The position numbers and the translations under genes are program-made. From the IMG/VR virus record IMGVR_UViG_3300037067_010746: a stretch of 64,000 bases of DNA; one strand, given 5' to 3'. A model generated the notes under the pieces. The model ran no database searches. It saw only the letters and a list, made by a program, of their open reading frames with translations, and was not told where the DNA came from. Shown in pieces: positions 42,801 through 48,632 of the stretch. Each line of letters starts with the position of its first letter. The first letter of the stretch is position 1. This DNA comes from an uncultured virus (IMG/VR IMGVR_UViG_3300037067_010746). Lineage: Duplodnaviria; Heunggongvirae; Uroviricota; Caudoviricetes.

Positions 42801-45570
42801 TGAAGTTAAACTTGTTGCAGATAATGATAAGTATATGAGAAATATTACAAATGAAGAAATCATTAGTGTAATGAAAGACCCATTTGTATATGAACATCCA
42901 ATGCAACAATCATATATGTCAAGATTAAAAGTATTTTTACAATATCTTATCGATAGTGATGGAACGAGTTATGCTAAACGAAATGTTTTTCAAACTCAAT
43001 TATCGATATTAAATGATCCAAAATCTGATAAAAGTCAATTAATAAGTGTTATCGAAAGTCGAAAAGCATTTCTTGATGCTAATATGGAACAAGATGATGC
43101 ATTTAAAAATGGTGAATATCAAATGTTAAGTGAAACATTAAAAGAACTTCAAACTGGATTTGTTGGTAGAATAAATGAGATAAAAAGTATGAGGGAATAC
43201 GAAATGCTTATTAATACTGCTCATGATATAAGCGATGATAATCTTCAATGGCTTGTAACTACGGTAACAACTACAAAAAATATTGTTGTAGAAGAGATGT
43301 ACAAAGCTCAAATGAAGATGAAAGATGATTTTAAAAAGGTAATCGAAGCATATGAGGTTAAACATCCTGAAACTAAAACAACTAAATTCACAAAGGATAT
43401 TGGTAGTAAATATTTCGAACATTTATTTAAAACAAAATCGGTTGTTCATGATGGAAATACTGTAGATGTTCTATTACCAGAATTACATTGGAATCCTGAA
43501 CATGACGATACTGCTCGACTAATGAAGGACGGGAAATTAACTAAAAATGATTTGGATTTTACCAATAAACTTTTAGATATAATTGAAGATAGATGGTTAA
43601 AAAATAGACTACATAGTGATAAAAGAACTGATGCTCATAAAGAAATTGACGGCATATCCAAATTAACTATTGAAGACATTAAGCCGGGTTTTTATGATAA
43701 TGAAAATTATGTTCGTGGGATGATTCCAATGATAGGAAAAAGTGCAAATGAATTATTATTCTCAGGGAAATTCAAATCCGCTGGAGCAAGAATTGGAGAT
43801 GTTCTCGGAAATTTTGAAGTATTATTTGAAGATGATAATCTTGGAACTTCAATGAATGCTGTATCAAATGCATTAAGTGGACAATATGATATTATTCAGA
43901 GATATGCAAAAATTGGGTTAGATTATACTGAAGGAGATGTAATTGGAACTAATGAAGTTACTATACGTGATTATGATGCCAATACAAATACTTCTACAAA
44001 TCTTGAAGCTATTTATAATTATTTTATGTTAGCTGGTATCAGACAACAACGGTATGAAGAAAAAGTAATCCCGGTATACAATAGTGTTAAATCTATATTG
44101 ACAATGTATAAAAATGCAGTTGATACTCCTCAAAAATCTGCATATATGAGATACAATTTACAATGGGCAGATGAATATATTAATAGAGTTATTCATAGAC
44201 AATCTGGTGAAACTCCTAATGATTTGACTATACCTAAAGTAAAATTTAAACGTCAATACAATAAAGATGGTAGTATTAAAGCTGAAGAATGGAATTTGCC
44301 AAATCAAGTAGATATGAATAAACTTGGTAGAGGATTAGTAAGTGCGACATCATTTGCCACTCTTGGTTATTCTACAGGTGTAGCGTTCAAATCACTTTTA
44401 TTTAATGAATTAGCTGGATTTATAAATGGGATTGCTGCAACAATATCTGGAGCAAATGAAGGAAATGGAGCATTGCCGGGATTGGGAGAAGTACATGAAG
44501 CTCACAAAATAGTTCTTGGTGGTGGAGAAACAAATGATTTCAAAAAGGCAAGACGTTTAGCACTTGATTTCCAATTAATAAATAGAAATGAAAGAGATAT
44601 GTTAGAAAATCCTTTTTTAAATCTTACAAATAAAAACATTTTTCAAAAAGCATATGCTCATCTTTTAAACTGGGGTACCGATGCTGCAGCACGAATGATA
44701 GCAATGGTTGCAATCATGAAAAAAGATGGTACTTGGGATGCTTATCATTATGATGAGAAAACAGGAGATGTTATTTACACCGAAACGAAGGATAAAAGAT
44801 TTTATGATGCTGATGGTAAACAAAAAACTGCTAAAGGAGAACATGCCATTAAGGAATATATTAGACAAAAACTTATTGAACAAGGTTCTCAATCTAATAC
44901 TGAAATGGGGTTAACTAAAGGTTATGATTTTGAATTAATCGAAGGCACTATGAAATGGTATGCTGATAAATATATTATTGGTACAATGGACGAAACATCA
45001 AAACCAATTATTGGTAATAGATTTATTGGAGCAGCTATGTCAAACTTTAAAGTCTTTTCTTTCTCTCGATTATTTAATGCTGGGGTATTTGCCGAAACAA
45101 GACAAACTACAAAAGGTACTGGGTATAAAGCTTATAAAGATGAAGATGGTACTTGGATTGCAGAAAAGGATCTTCTTGAAATAGAAGGTGCTTTACAATC
45201 ATTTGCAAAGGTTATGAATGCATTTAAAAATACTGGTAATGAAAGTTTAGATGAATGGTGGAAAAATGCAGATGATATTACTAAATTTAATATTTGGAAA
45301 ACTATGGTTCAAATGGCATTATGGGGATTGATATATGGATTAGTAAATGGTGCTTGGGATAAAGAAAAATTTGAATGGTTGTATAAAGATATCTTTATTG
45401 GACCAACAGTTTCTAATGTTCTTACAGATTCACCATTCCCAACATATAATATTGTATCTCAATTTGTGAGTTCAGCTATCGGAGGAGATATTGAAGGAAT
45501 AGGTAAAACATTTGGTTTAACAAGAAATGTTATTAAAGGTGTTAAAAATTTTAATTATATAACAGAATAA
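24892..45570 (+). CDS. Giant virion polyprotein containing crAss-type single-chain RNA polymerase plus SF1 helicase, two zincin-like peptidase and PD-(D/E)XK nuclease domains
   Basis: 6892-aa uninterrupted ORF. RNAP DFDID at 37558-37572 preceded by TRVP; helicase GWYGTGKT at 29065-29088, DEAS, GDESQ and YTAISRAK; HEIFH at 32527; HELSH at 41200; GEVDL...DLK at 39214-39273. Confidence 0.88.
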   Translation: MPKETQNQVSPSTGQPQNTEEQSPRKLDLFSAMMDSGYTPDQILQSVPDGFDLSLGSAESYKDKYGDKFKTEEEFNDFHTLAGEAVNVYNNNKASYGNFALSGAETHGVGIGRSDFGKSGNKIVYKETDPVFESFISAKTGKYESYFSRPEQATLRNFYVDETLQSTTGDKIVPTSPTYAERQSKNFLLKTDSEGKPYWALSDASNPSYEYQKANAWGDPEKYANGIMDRAIDAIGGFATSAAVETVQLIPQLMIMGADVLGREDTSKDELEQQRKASGYDKLTSFVNTLERYKYVPSEEVQNGSVFDMGASTLYSFGQGLGYLLPQRWAASGASALTKGLSQTTYKGVRQAMYKGIFKKALDGAVGEAIAKKFVGSEVRSIQQVAAMRTAMLFGAIQPTGDIYRQARANGLDPQDAAAIGLFATLPVYLTEKIFDVDWLTKGLYKPVDKVWTKAMEDTFENYQKTGMINQLKNEIGQMKFVNKVFNKFQKGISKAGKLGEITKKGWNALPEVARIPKGIVEGGSKEFAQEYSEEMLNAFTEIAYDNIIASDKQPGQGAFGTTWEQTKERALTGGFMGMLVGGATGVFINGHEDISKDREQTVFSVIAEGAAKGGDKGAMDAYESLRNRTMDAYTNGEFSDQYLDPQGNPIDVNAPDNGFKAEIEVPGLKDGIVRTMADLNYYSMMMQLEEGLKLYKEAGFNDPDLINAVGQSDEFMVETMKNVKSQNEVKSKISTSEEKLLGLKDTDAEYTATQKEIELSQKELTTLKEDYNALTKPEEGTKYSKRVNDKVKAVRVRSQAARDVTNKYFQDKKGISVDKKFEETEEYRKQYIKNMRLMEDHYAASKHIDNIFNEHLDEIKKENEIKQSERDTSIEDINKLIETFTGKNITTDNFKSEVTKMTNDLNKITSGNLDFELAPEIKQSYQSAVESVNKRMSDTYHEASKKFGLEDESFQDIESARESFRDQSKSLTDKINNPLDQGVYSIGDDITATSETNKDTRVEGVIMGVSEDSNFKSPEGIKYKVKLTNGEEKILGSNDLLKSQNLEVDENKEFHKFLIDNLYQQYNTLRILIKDQKGAGSRVEELQSMIDNIGNSIELFETGARAKNVLHNDEYSKEHMLKGERTLDTKTYESLLNGYAELKIATKELDDDLQKLTGANSTFSFRARQAHHRANSFSLLSMVENGFEKSFADIGISDLIKDLPDVKIVDTDVVITEEQKSESMFLEKRLNEIYDVIYRERDKIFKTSNIRDYLKKTFLVDKPKVFYQFSQEASGRTKYNVEDFANIRDKDAYSDPLYYISTVNLLMRMHGVNMNEFQNTRYSIFSDITKNVSSYEQQISEAQTVAFLNTGTELLEKIITIEKDYNKRTMSSEEIESAVGHFIKDSIMIQGWYGTGKTYQVLPNALKIYTELFGVELNTGIAGISQAIIDNVSNDLKKNHDIEALKLQDLNVSAILDGTTDLSKLDLIIWDEASFLSKENVLTLQQKLKDNNTKIIFLGDESQMIPVDSGEVKRWAAQVGIKTTPLTNIYRNDNPIIQGLAKWMIDGYTKNNRTDFLAQEDPIPSYWTEVDEQKRRHGVQFIANETGKYNKGIIKEFLSRGIDFDTVLIFVDHEQYQEALKDFPELGTSELSSRVKTLDWVNSKVEPGCVQGLGFDEVYVAIDFQNWKNNSSRIVQNDLAWAAAYTAISRAKKYVALPGPISAKYKSKPIFFKTTETKSTTKQDEQIQLVRSQRIEEEKVFITGSIVSETFNPNEEATFTKKSSNTTNRKDNVANAKKSTKKQTIDEQLNPNEVINDSDWDIYDKRQDISDELLNTIADKVYNDSPLTIREREMANYFSSLIDEINSNINDEEVIKPKSKRKSKIKKAETKEEEVVVIDNQTQNYFPLGNAYVDKTTGELAYPTSYGTKGKYPVIKVNGVWVRIEDFNRRYDVASSSNLLTEDLNNITRFRASHDVMKKRNNTVAWGTTYTFVTDNLPSGKDVHEEALKKQVISHYLLNMSNIPKTLVYAKTGNLYEAKRPGKDLLLVKIKPDAITMARIIETFKGMIDKAKGIEKIALQEIIKSKTIPENYTYLMALADTEASYLLDGEKNVINAYTAPLNEIHKVIEQGFQDTTEGNTDIDDSNIKINQTLASLRHLGFQRSQTEGNYVELGVINDITDINQGVTIYGSGKKLLSDFKNTIQIDPLKSGIQFSDNLHQWVTTDGRVKLKLHYAYGSQPNAKSPYVVFNTPLLSESINSKSLSQNPVSLLNEDLKAISNKGWLNNYDDPKIFNEAISRLFVMKLLANNKSFINNNRKAQGLLKTFFKFESGYPNIDKNSIVGKVIREYFELQGKEIRGVVLEKEILGVFIDSFNHALAKENLDLSMYSAVPSYAQMNFEIKGIKNIVNEMKAKMNMPVDILRGTKTQFGRPVINNDLIYTNASDIHLPYAYVNIDGILDTNDTKNNNTDNSNTDSQVLKDILNGGSMPNFNKKTIISSATSRRISRNQSENIIAKILGNDFLNNNTEFKVNLVHGTSSLFGMMRNGKIALELNDKGIEYTTPRHEIFHVIFNYMLDDKTKSKLLNEVKNTLGREEMNDLAAEEWMARKAGKLTNEGLVNKYSGKGLLQRFFKFLNNIYYKYVASTPMLNDLLNDIESGVYRNQAIIVEEQNIERHHDPNADDDYDDTSSIESNPIEGDIQNEDTDALVDYAKMPSIFGDYTGFVRKDIGNAFNEFSYYSTNPNISHTGTIDSYYRIFKELSTKNLENELTSFGKALKDVTKDDVNNRKLNGTDWANYKAYKLSNPKTFNAFVKDLFPSLNIKKLKVAKHTSAVHYDDSTFNPSELTGDHLKFQLEHTQLRSFKNNKLMNWDGKSFVSINEIMKIMSLAREKANIRFYNDTSQNYENTFIQELKHLADKAGIGSYRSNHVHSFLAKFFESYSTENSQENHLSMRDLVSVLRNQDENIIANKNRVIAVQGLLNHIGNVNKSLYMKNVSFVEYKRGVNKYISSDNASYARVKGEIVAGMKSNMFRESLIKESKLKQIDPNNKNNLFTIEKDGLYWSKNGQRSQIISVGKNGVALTDKFDLEHMSSIKSFFGLKNIKDRVFVALMDNYDGVNQMLEDTTRNDMKFQTDNKGSEFLARGLMAMFYSTQVNSDMTDAITELNKMYLPDDDRLKIAEGEVISGTRSKSPSHELMLSLYRGLGVDVNNLDDLFESFADENEETSEGYAMPKPFDVYPFLNALAEVEIYYRGSEEINFFFRPDGKKEYLHQLHSHLTRTLHYGSQNLVIEFNKQFAMDPNAMINSPFLDENSKSLYKIIDENNPMVIKTVRDFSGIKAMRGTTNPNMTDVTTMIMTSFLDSVIKTSKSDKTVQRLNMSLNNISDKEKLFNAEVEFNSTGEKLFTVDVDNNGKIKSVNINYKNIYGDIRRKFQQLQRIQQVSRNNWAEFIQTTLANSELGNKSFIKLLAKSNKAMWELGSLEDISKLNRVFESSFTSLSEEDKVMFVEALEKSDLFANRDYYLSKDKKVVRFGNAINVNFNDENESVYTATNMYDILSQNPNAIEHEKELDKIFNNNFNTNEYRKYSKKMYESRYQVPEDIAALLPGTSPVYDMFENKFNPFFKAHFFANEIFQNELTPFLNGLDGDYINATERSKRTAPLVTGTTTMATNVAYGLGANLKMILINDHYVKSRLFGGNIVAADGQMIGNPLFYSHQLVSIGGFENATIGEGMQKTLLNQLDYKTGNLTQIKHANLIVTTEIYKNNPMHRMMVADMLNANTRGAKTDITKNRAIERLDINQEQLLNFDIETEMLLDFNLEEMFNTYYAVTRNVEEASNMLRDWIEEVSESTKEIKDNIVWGMQYKSGSKGSSNRINNYDLDNRLTTDEDFALTDIQTNKIGLVLNPNQDIEKYKNVAPMNQILSFIGYGSDENAQQAHRTYDAFRKIYDIENAAVKTDIEKDFDKFMRDKGLLSLRQSGFVGSLAEALNDPTISIQIPAFRTKLIQVFRNYLTDRIMRQKMFGIRVTQASGHGFLMFEHKSGGIYTMSQVEERENVEFDSLEMMAAINQDTPWGDYSIRGLKAMRLEDGEMKSAEVGVSFSHFKKFGLTAGEQVSDVLTIKFLDERESVVLPSNITHEQLDIFLQENGEFIDEENTIAARLYFNKNNTADQNGEFPAFSVSEMVNEMAIYLKGFTKMLEMYTTRVPSSRLGSGALVTPTFFIQDSANVMFIPLELTELNDSDFDIDQLALYQYSINDNLDITNSNINSSYNEMQKYEELHDFILDNVRSIYTNPNNAQDILFPSNIEELRNVATDLSKVNKEEINALTKQEQFWLNKSEGYKYNRKNSFSTMMDEYETNASGNDAIGILARSLSAVSYLGQVRGNNFDKIAPGFKNMKTLLDNRGLDSIIVRLGDYLQAALDNAKELILGNMGITTYATPLIAPMIMDEWSNVKIKAFFSHPIVTKVLNTVAQGDSVQNKKSDYQLHDIIAIERKGLTKLSDDVKLKAIEKLKELQKTDPNSSEYAETYTMLHRSESMEYLDKLEDYANKAAALRRFGDVVSTRNGLKVNDFEFEKAITSFQQSLGMNFQDFFSKDRAVNQWSIEKHLKYFRENNDEYRAAVQSDKSKESGANIVDGVLEYGEMATRIKNGKVAFAKILENQKHISLDKEKGKYIDSRGMEYTRLSDWLGLKPEVPTDLMKTGSNIGNHMDVAMRDFFRFREKGDVNYGETFKAKYNNYDGFSGKDVYDKYIDQLQKFAQWLDRRNETPYASTPDSGDNPKGIILHYPDLKVAGEVDLITINDAGELSIYDLKSLRKGEKETADADYETEYRGEPSRKTKHQAQLNGYRALMLYNYGIDVKNLWVMPVEVNYEIDDTKTPIANILEFKKVEKLSEEKLAKLMRIKEIKLIKKSLEKGDKLKDILEAREKSIAEKLNINELVKQFPHFKSYINLYHEENERTQEKWIYDNVNLKKIGEEYLLKTLGKTSWDFKNRRTTFYNSVSKALVGFHLSTHENYSGNIYDIDIPIELADGSFARAGRSLQTLQLNTAKGRTLFKKQFPAYITFIKDTINEHGPNAINIFKQNGMDVLTEDFDNIIDNAFLERIQSYPRYNRDTLILRESISINEHEIQRLKNSFSQLPSKLQEMFAINDFINYTFQYRNGTISDIIGLKFYRELSSTMNKFKGVLENGEGIDYLRALGSGIISHTQHSKNGTPFYSKKVHKARGEVRPELVLKRVKIREGLYAYKHIRFEPIDDQYYDDNAEYIISEEIETDKNTITNSDFQFVTTTPTIKVFTSAELSDLAKDEFVDVTFRKGHNYKENDIYINELGLQVRVHDVSSDFTTVTFKAINSSSFFDKISATKTKKVQKAKQTDIHFSLDNVSEIEKYDEGKHIEKSSTISVATHLEQISGIPFIGETNASIIKKYGKGINARGWVDQSGVHYNIDAIKDTDFMHELSHIWYKAIQKRDPELWNTLVDEATSIIDNNHIIHQAVQSKLRSNNMTLSRADLIEEVIANIAGLSSKNAVDAFLSGNDITKTTEPGFVERVWNGLKSLANKISQFFKNHIMRNPNHYYDDSFPEHEVLANIRMADMFKDMAQSVLNGNITPELSQLLIDGYKGFNDFNIGNEVLKAEKILIEALGKDFTHTNKDIVIENAMIAQSATNVSIVIENVFDDKGEIAYKARIIQDNLKFSVGIAGIVNDDISEMMPLFNNNSTPQKSLSKVSNDRLATAITNSMIQRGTQSKTKNQAEYRYNLGGKPFIYPKTFSFSKLKAAVEMDIIPQFHKFETELKPNLKAFAQAILNNDGKSITEIGASIFGKKKFSDATLNQIASVIGLDEGFEEIYNYSELADQLNDPSLKALYSKSFVGFDPIVVVHSRDVNGVFDISILDITSKPLERNSKDLSQRGLQSTKEYSFDYYFKGGRFDNHDRDIRKFLLGLTALSMAKNSRKGDSKKSNVKIRNIGVVQLMGNNVRKHMISNIADVVNEVKLVADNDKYMRNITNEEIISVMKDPFVYEHPMQQSYMSRLKVFLQYLIDSDGTSYAKRNVFQTQLSILNDPKSDKSQLISVIESRKAFLDANMEQDDAFKNGEYQMLSETLKELQTGFVGRINEIKSMREYEMLINTAHDISDDNLQWLVTTVTTTKNIVVEEMYKAQMKMKDDFKKVIEAYEVKHPETKTTKFTKDIGSKYFEHLFKTKSVVHDGNTVDVLLPELHWNPEHDDTARLMKDGKLTKNDLDFTNKLLDIIEDRWLKNRLHSDKRTDAHKEIDGISKLTIEDIKPGFYDNENYVRGMIPMIGKSANELLFSGKFKSAGARIGDVLGNFEVLFEDDNLGTSMNAVSNALSGQYDIIQRYAKIGLDYTEGDVIGTNEVTIRDYDANTNTSTNLEAIYNYFMLAGIRQQRYEEKVIPVYNSVKSILTMYKNAVDTPQKSAYMRYNLQWADEYINRVIHRQSGETPNDLTIPKVKFKRQYNKDGSIKAEEWNLPNQVDMNKLGRGLVSATSFATLGYSTGVAFKSLLFNELAGFINGIAATISGANEGNGALPGLGEVHEAHKIVLGGGETNDFKKARRLALDFQLINRNERDMLENPFLNLTNKNIFQKAYAHLLNWGTDAAARMIAMVAIMKKDGTWDAYHYDEKTGDVIYTETKDKRFYDADGKQKTAKGEHAIKEYIRQKLIEQGSQSNTEMGLTKGYDFELIEGTMKWYADKYIIGTMDETSKPIIGNRFIGAAMSNFKVFSFSRLFNAGVFAETRQTTKGTGYKAYKDEDGTWIAEKDLLEIEGALQSFAKVMNAFKNTGNESLDEWWKNADDITKFNIWKTMVQMALWGLIYGLVNGAWDKEKFEWLYKDIFIGPTVSNVLTDSPFPTYNIVSQFVSSAIGGDIEGIGKTFGLTRNVIKGVKNFNYITE

Positions 45571-45597
45571 GTATAAATTTATAAAAAAAATAAAATC

Positions 45598-46698
45598 ATG
45601 GCAATAATTAGCGAAATAGGTAGTAGTCAAACAGCATTATGTGGATACATATATGTAGAAGACTTTTCAACTTACGGAACAGTTTCTCCTGATACGAGAA
45701 GCGACTTTGGAGTTGCATTATATGTAAGTGTAGATCCAGGAAGTGGAACATTTACAGATAATCCCAATTATGCAAATTTAAGTAATCCGGGTGCAGTAGG
45801 AATTCCAAGTTCGTGGGAAATAGATATTCCAAATTCTGCAACACAAGATTATGAGATAAATGCATATTGGGCTCCATTATGGATATCTGGTTCTTATAAT
45901 GAGAATGACATTATTTTTTATGATGCTATTTTCTATCAAAAATCATCAATTGGAACTGGTACCGAGGAACCGGGAACGGGAACAGAATGGGTAGTACTAA
46001 CAGAGGATGATTCTGCCGCCTTCGAAATAGCAATTGGATTAGCTGTTCCAATAGTAGTAAAAAACACTGTATATGAAGCCGTAATAGCTTGTCCGTCATA
46101 CAAAGTTATTTTTAAAGCATGTCCTCACGTACATAGAATTATTGATAACTCAGAAACGGCAAATTCTAAACGATTTAAAGTTACATACTATGATGGTACT
46201 TCAGTTATTGCAACAACAGCAATTGTAGGTAGCTATTCAGATATAACATTACCTGAAGATCATATTTACATTTTAACTATAGAAGAAGAAGTTATTACTG
46301 GCACTTGGTTAGAAGTTGCAGTATTGCCAATATATGAATTCTGTAGTTTAAAAACATGCACAATGTATCTTGTAAATACATTATTATGTAATAATGCAGA
46401 TCCTTGTTGTGAAAATTGTAGTACTGAAGCGATAGAGAAACAAAAAAGACAAAGACTTCAATTAAATCAATTAACATTCTTGTATGGTACTTTACTTGCT
46501 TATATTCATGAAGAAAGTATTGAATATCTTGGGATAATAGCTATGGATGCTGACCGATTAACCTATATGGAAAGTATTGATAATTTATTTGATAAGATAA
46601 AAGCGATTCTCGAAAGATGTGAATTATGTGCCGGAGCATGGCAAACAATAACATCTGCTAATGTAAGTTCTGGAAGTTATAAACCTTGTAATTGTTAA
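45598..46698 (+). CDS. Putative tail structural protein with CBM5/12-like segment and Cys-rich C-terminus
   Basis: WISGSYNENDIIFYDAIFY...EPGTGTEW motif, and DPCCENC, CELC and terminal PCNC. Confidence 0.55.
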   Translation: MAIISEIGSSQTALCGYIYVEDFSTYGTVSPDTRSDFGVALYVSVDPGSGTFTDNPNYANLSNPGAVGIPSSWEIDIPNSATQDYEINAYWAPLWISGSYNENDIIFYDAIFYQKSSIGTGTEEPGTGTEWVVLTEDDSAAFEIAIGLAVPIVVKNTVYEAVIACPSYKVIFKACPHVHRIIDNSETANSKRFKVTYYDGTSVIATTAIVGSYSDITLPEDHIYILTIEEEVITGTWLEVAVLPIYEFCSLKTCTMYLVNTLLCNNADPCCENCSTEAIEKQKRQRLQLNQLTFLYGTLLAYIHEESIEYLGIIAMDADRLTYMESIDNLFDKIKAILERCELCAGAWQTITSANVSSGSYKPCNC

Positions 46699-46701
46699 AT
46701 T

Positions 46702-47199
46702 ATGATAGTAGAAGTAACAGACCCGTTTAAATTTGGAAAGTGTTGTCTTAATGAGGCAACTACTCTTCAGGGAATTATAGCTGATTATTATAAAGCTGTA
46801 AAACCATTTTTGAATTCTATTCTTAGTGAGATATTTAAAAATGAGATGTATGGTAAAGAAGTGGAAGCTCTTTATAATATAGGAAATGATTTTCATTATT
46901 TACTTACATATCTCTTAATGATAGCTAACGAACAGAATAATGATGCTCAATGGGATTTAGCATTTGGTACTGGTTGTGGAAAAGATATGGGTATGACTTA
47001 TTATACAGAAAAGTATAATTTAAATTGTATTCAAAAACATTTCTTTTGTACAGCTGGAGGATTTGATATAGGTAGTGCTTTAACTATTTTTGGATTAAAT
47101 CCTGACTTTGTTGATCAAGATGGTATTGGTCATATGTATATAGATTTTACTTTGAAATCCACTTGTGGAGAATCATTGAAACCTTTTCAAGTTAAATAA
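46702..47199 (+). CDS. Cys-containing putative tail protein
   Basis: 165 aa; C-terminal GIGHMYI..F motif; located in the tail block. Confidence 0.5.
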   Translation: MIVEVTDPFKFGKCCLNEATTLQGIIADYYKAVKPFLNSILSEIFKNEMYGKEVEALYNIGNDFHYLLTYLLMIANEQNNDAQWDLAFGTGCGKDMGMTYYTEKYNLNCIQKHFFCTAGGFDIGSALTIFGLNPDFVDQDGIGHMYIDFTLKSTCGESLKPFQVK

Positions 47200-47212
47200 T
47201 TAAAAAAAAGAT

Positions 47213-48619
47213 ATGCCAAACATTTTTACACGTAGGTCGAGAACGTTTTTTCAAGGAGCAGACGGACCACAATATGACAAATTCTCAACAAAGAATAAAC
47301 CTACTAAACGAGTATTCAGATGGTTATTTGAATCAATAGGATTTTTAGGGGAATCGAATGATACAGCACAAACTGATGTACAAGGATTTGTTCAATTAAA
47401 TACAGATGCAGAAGCTCAAGTACGTAATAGTACTTCTTCAGCAAATGGATTTGTTAAGGTAACACAAGCACATCATTTGGCTCATATTATTGCAGATTCA
47501 AATAGTGATAATCCTGATGGAGATGGACGTACATCAAATGCACTTAGTGTTCGTGCTTTATATGGAACATATGGTAGAACTGGAGGAAGTGGAGTTACTT
47601 ATATTATAAAGAATACTTTTACAATTTCCTTCTCTGATCCATTAGATTTCCTTACATTCAATCAGACAGCTCCAGGATCGAATGTAGAATTCGGATTTAA
47701 TTCGGCCGCATTTAATACGAAAGTTTCTGAGACAACTACCATTACAAATATTTCAGAAAGAGTAACTAATGTTATTAAGGCAGTAGCAACTGGTTATTTA
47801 GGCGAAATAAAAATGTATTCATTATTTAATGAAGCAATGGGATCAATTAATTGTGAATTTGATATTAATGGTGTAGGCAGAGGAGAAGGAGTTGAAGGTT
47901 CTACAGGTAATTGGATAGGATGGGTAATATTGAATGGACAAAGTGCTGCAACATTAAAATCCCCTCCATATAATGCACCTGACGCAATTATAGATAGGAT
48001 TTCTACTGGTGGCGTTATAATGAATACCGCACGATCATATCCTACCGGAATTAGTACAGATGTTTCAGAAAATAAAGGGTTTCAATCAAAAGGAGCAAAT
48101 GTTCATATATTAAGTGCAACCGAAACTCCAACAAAAGGACATTATCATACTTTATCAAGTAATGCTCATCTTTCTATTGTGGGAGGAGCACATGCTCATT
48201 TACTGAAAGGAACAAAAAATGATGGTGCAGGTACTCAGTTAGCAACTGGATTTCAATTTGCAGCTAATCTATCCGACACAGATGAATCAACATATATGGG
48301 CCAAACAGGAGATTCACAAGGAAATGGATTTGATGATCCCGATGGAGAAATATGGTCTTTAGGTGAAAAGGATTTAACAACTATTGAAAATTATTATACC
48401 GATGGTGGAGGACACAATTATAAAGATATACTTTACACAAGTGTATCTGGAGTTGTTAAAACTATGAATCCTGGACATTATCATGATAATAGTGAAATGT
48501 CATTTGGTGGAAAAACCGATAGTATATCAATAGTAGCAGCTATTGAACATAATAATAGACCATTATCATTCGTAGTGATGTATGCTATGTATATCGGAAC
48601 AACTGGAAGTTTAATTTAA
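47213..48619 (+). CDS. Tail fibre protein with collar-like domain and His-rich tip
   Basis: GEIKMY...GWVILNGQ (collar-like), GANVHILSATETP-HYH, HAH, HYH and terminal HNNRP...VMY. Confidence 0.7.
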   Translation: MPNIFTRRSRTFFQGADGPQYDKFSTKNKPTKRVFRWLFESIGFLGESNDTAQTDVQGFVQLNTDAEAQVRNSTSSANGFVKVTQAHHLAHIIADSNSDNPDGDGRTSNALSVRALYGTYGRTGGSGVTYIIKNTFTISFSDPLDFLTFNQTAPGSNVEFGFNSAAFNTKVSETTTITNISERVTNVIKAVATGYLGEIKMYSLFNEAMGSINCEFDINGVGRGEGVEGSTGNWIGWVILNGQSAATLKSPPYNAPDAIIDRISTGGVIMNTARSYPTGISTDVSENKGFQSKGANVHILSATETPTKGHYHTLSSNAHLSIVGGAHAHLLKGTKNDGAGTQLATGFQFAANLSDTDESTYMGQTGDSQGNGFDDPDGEIWSLGEKDLTTIENYYTDGGGHNYKDILYTSVSGVVKTMNPGHYHDNSEMSFGGKTDSISIVAAIEHNNRPLSFVVMYAMYIGTTGSLI

Positions 48620-48632
48620 TAATAAAAATATC

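Noticed and set aside
2495..45570. Inteins or group I introns in TerL, MCP or RNAP
   Set aside because: No split ORFs, and no recognisable Cys/Ser...His-Asn intein boundaries or LAGLIDADG motifs.
45952..45990. Short GGAAC repeats
   Set aside because: They simply encode a Gly-Thr-rich peptide (GTGTEEPGTGTE) and are too short and irregular to call a repeat element.
2896..46896. Numerous 60-130 aa antisense or alternate-frame ORFs within the large + strand genes (e.g. 2896-3105, 7250-7546, 29886-30278, 35459-35749)
   Set aside because: They lie largely or wholly within well-supported genes, have no motifs, and show the composition typical of shadow frames.
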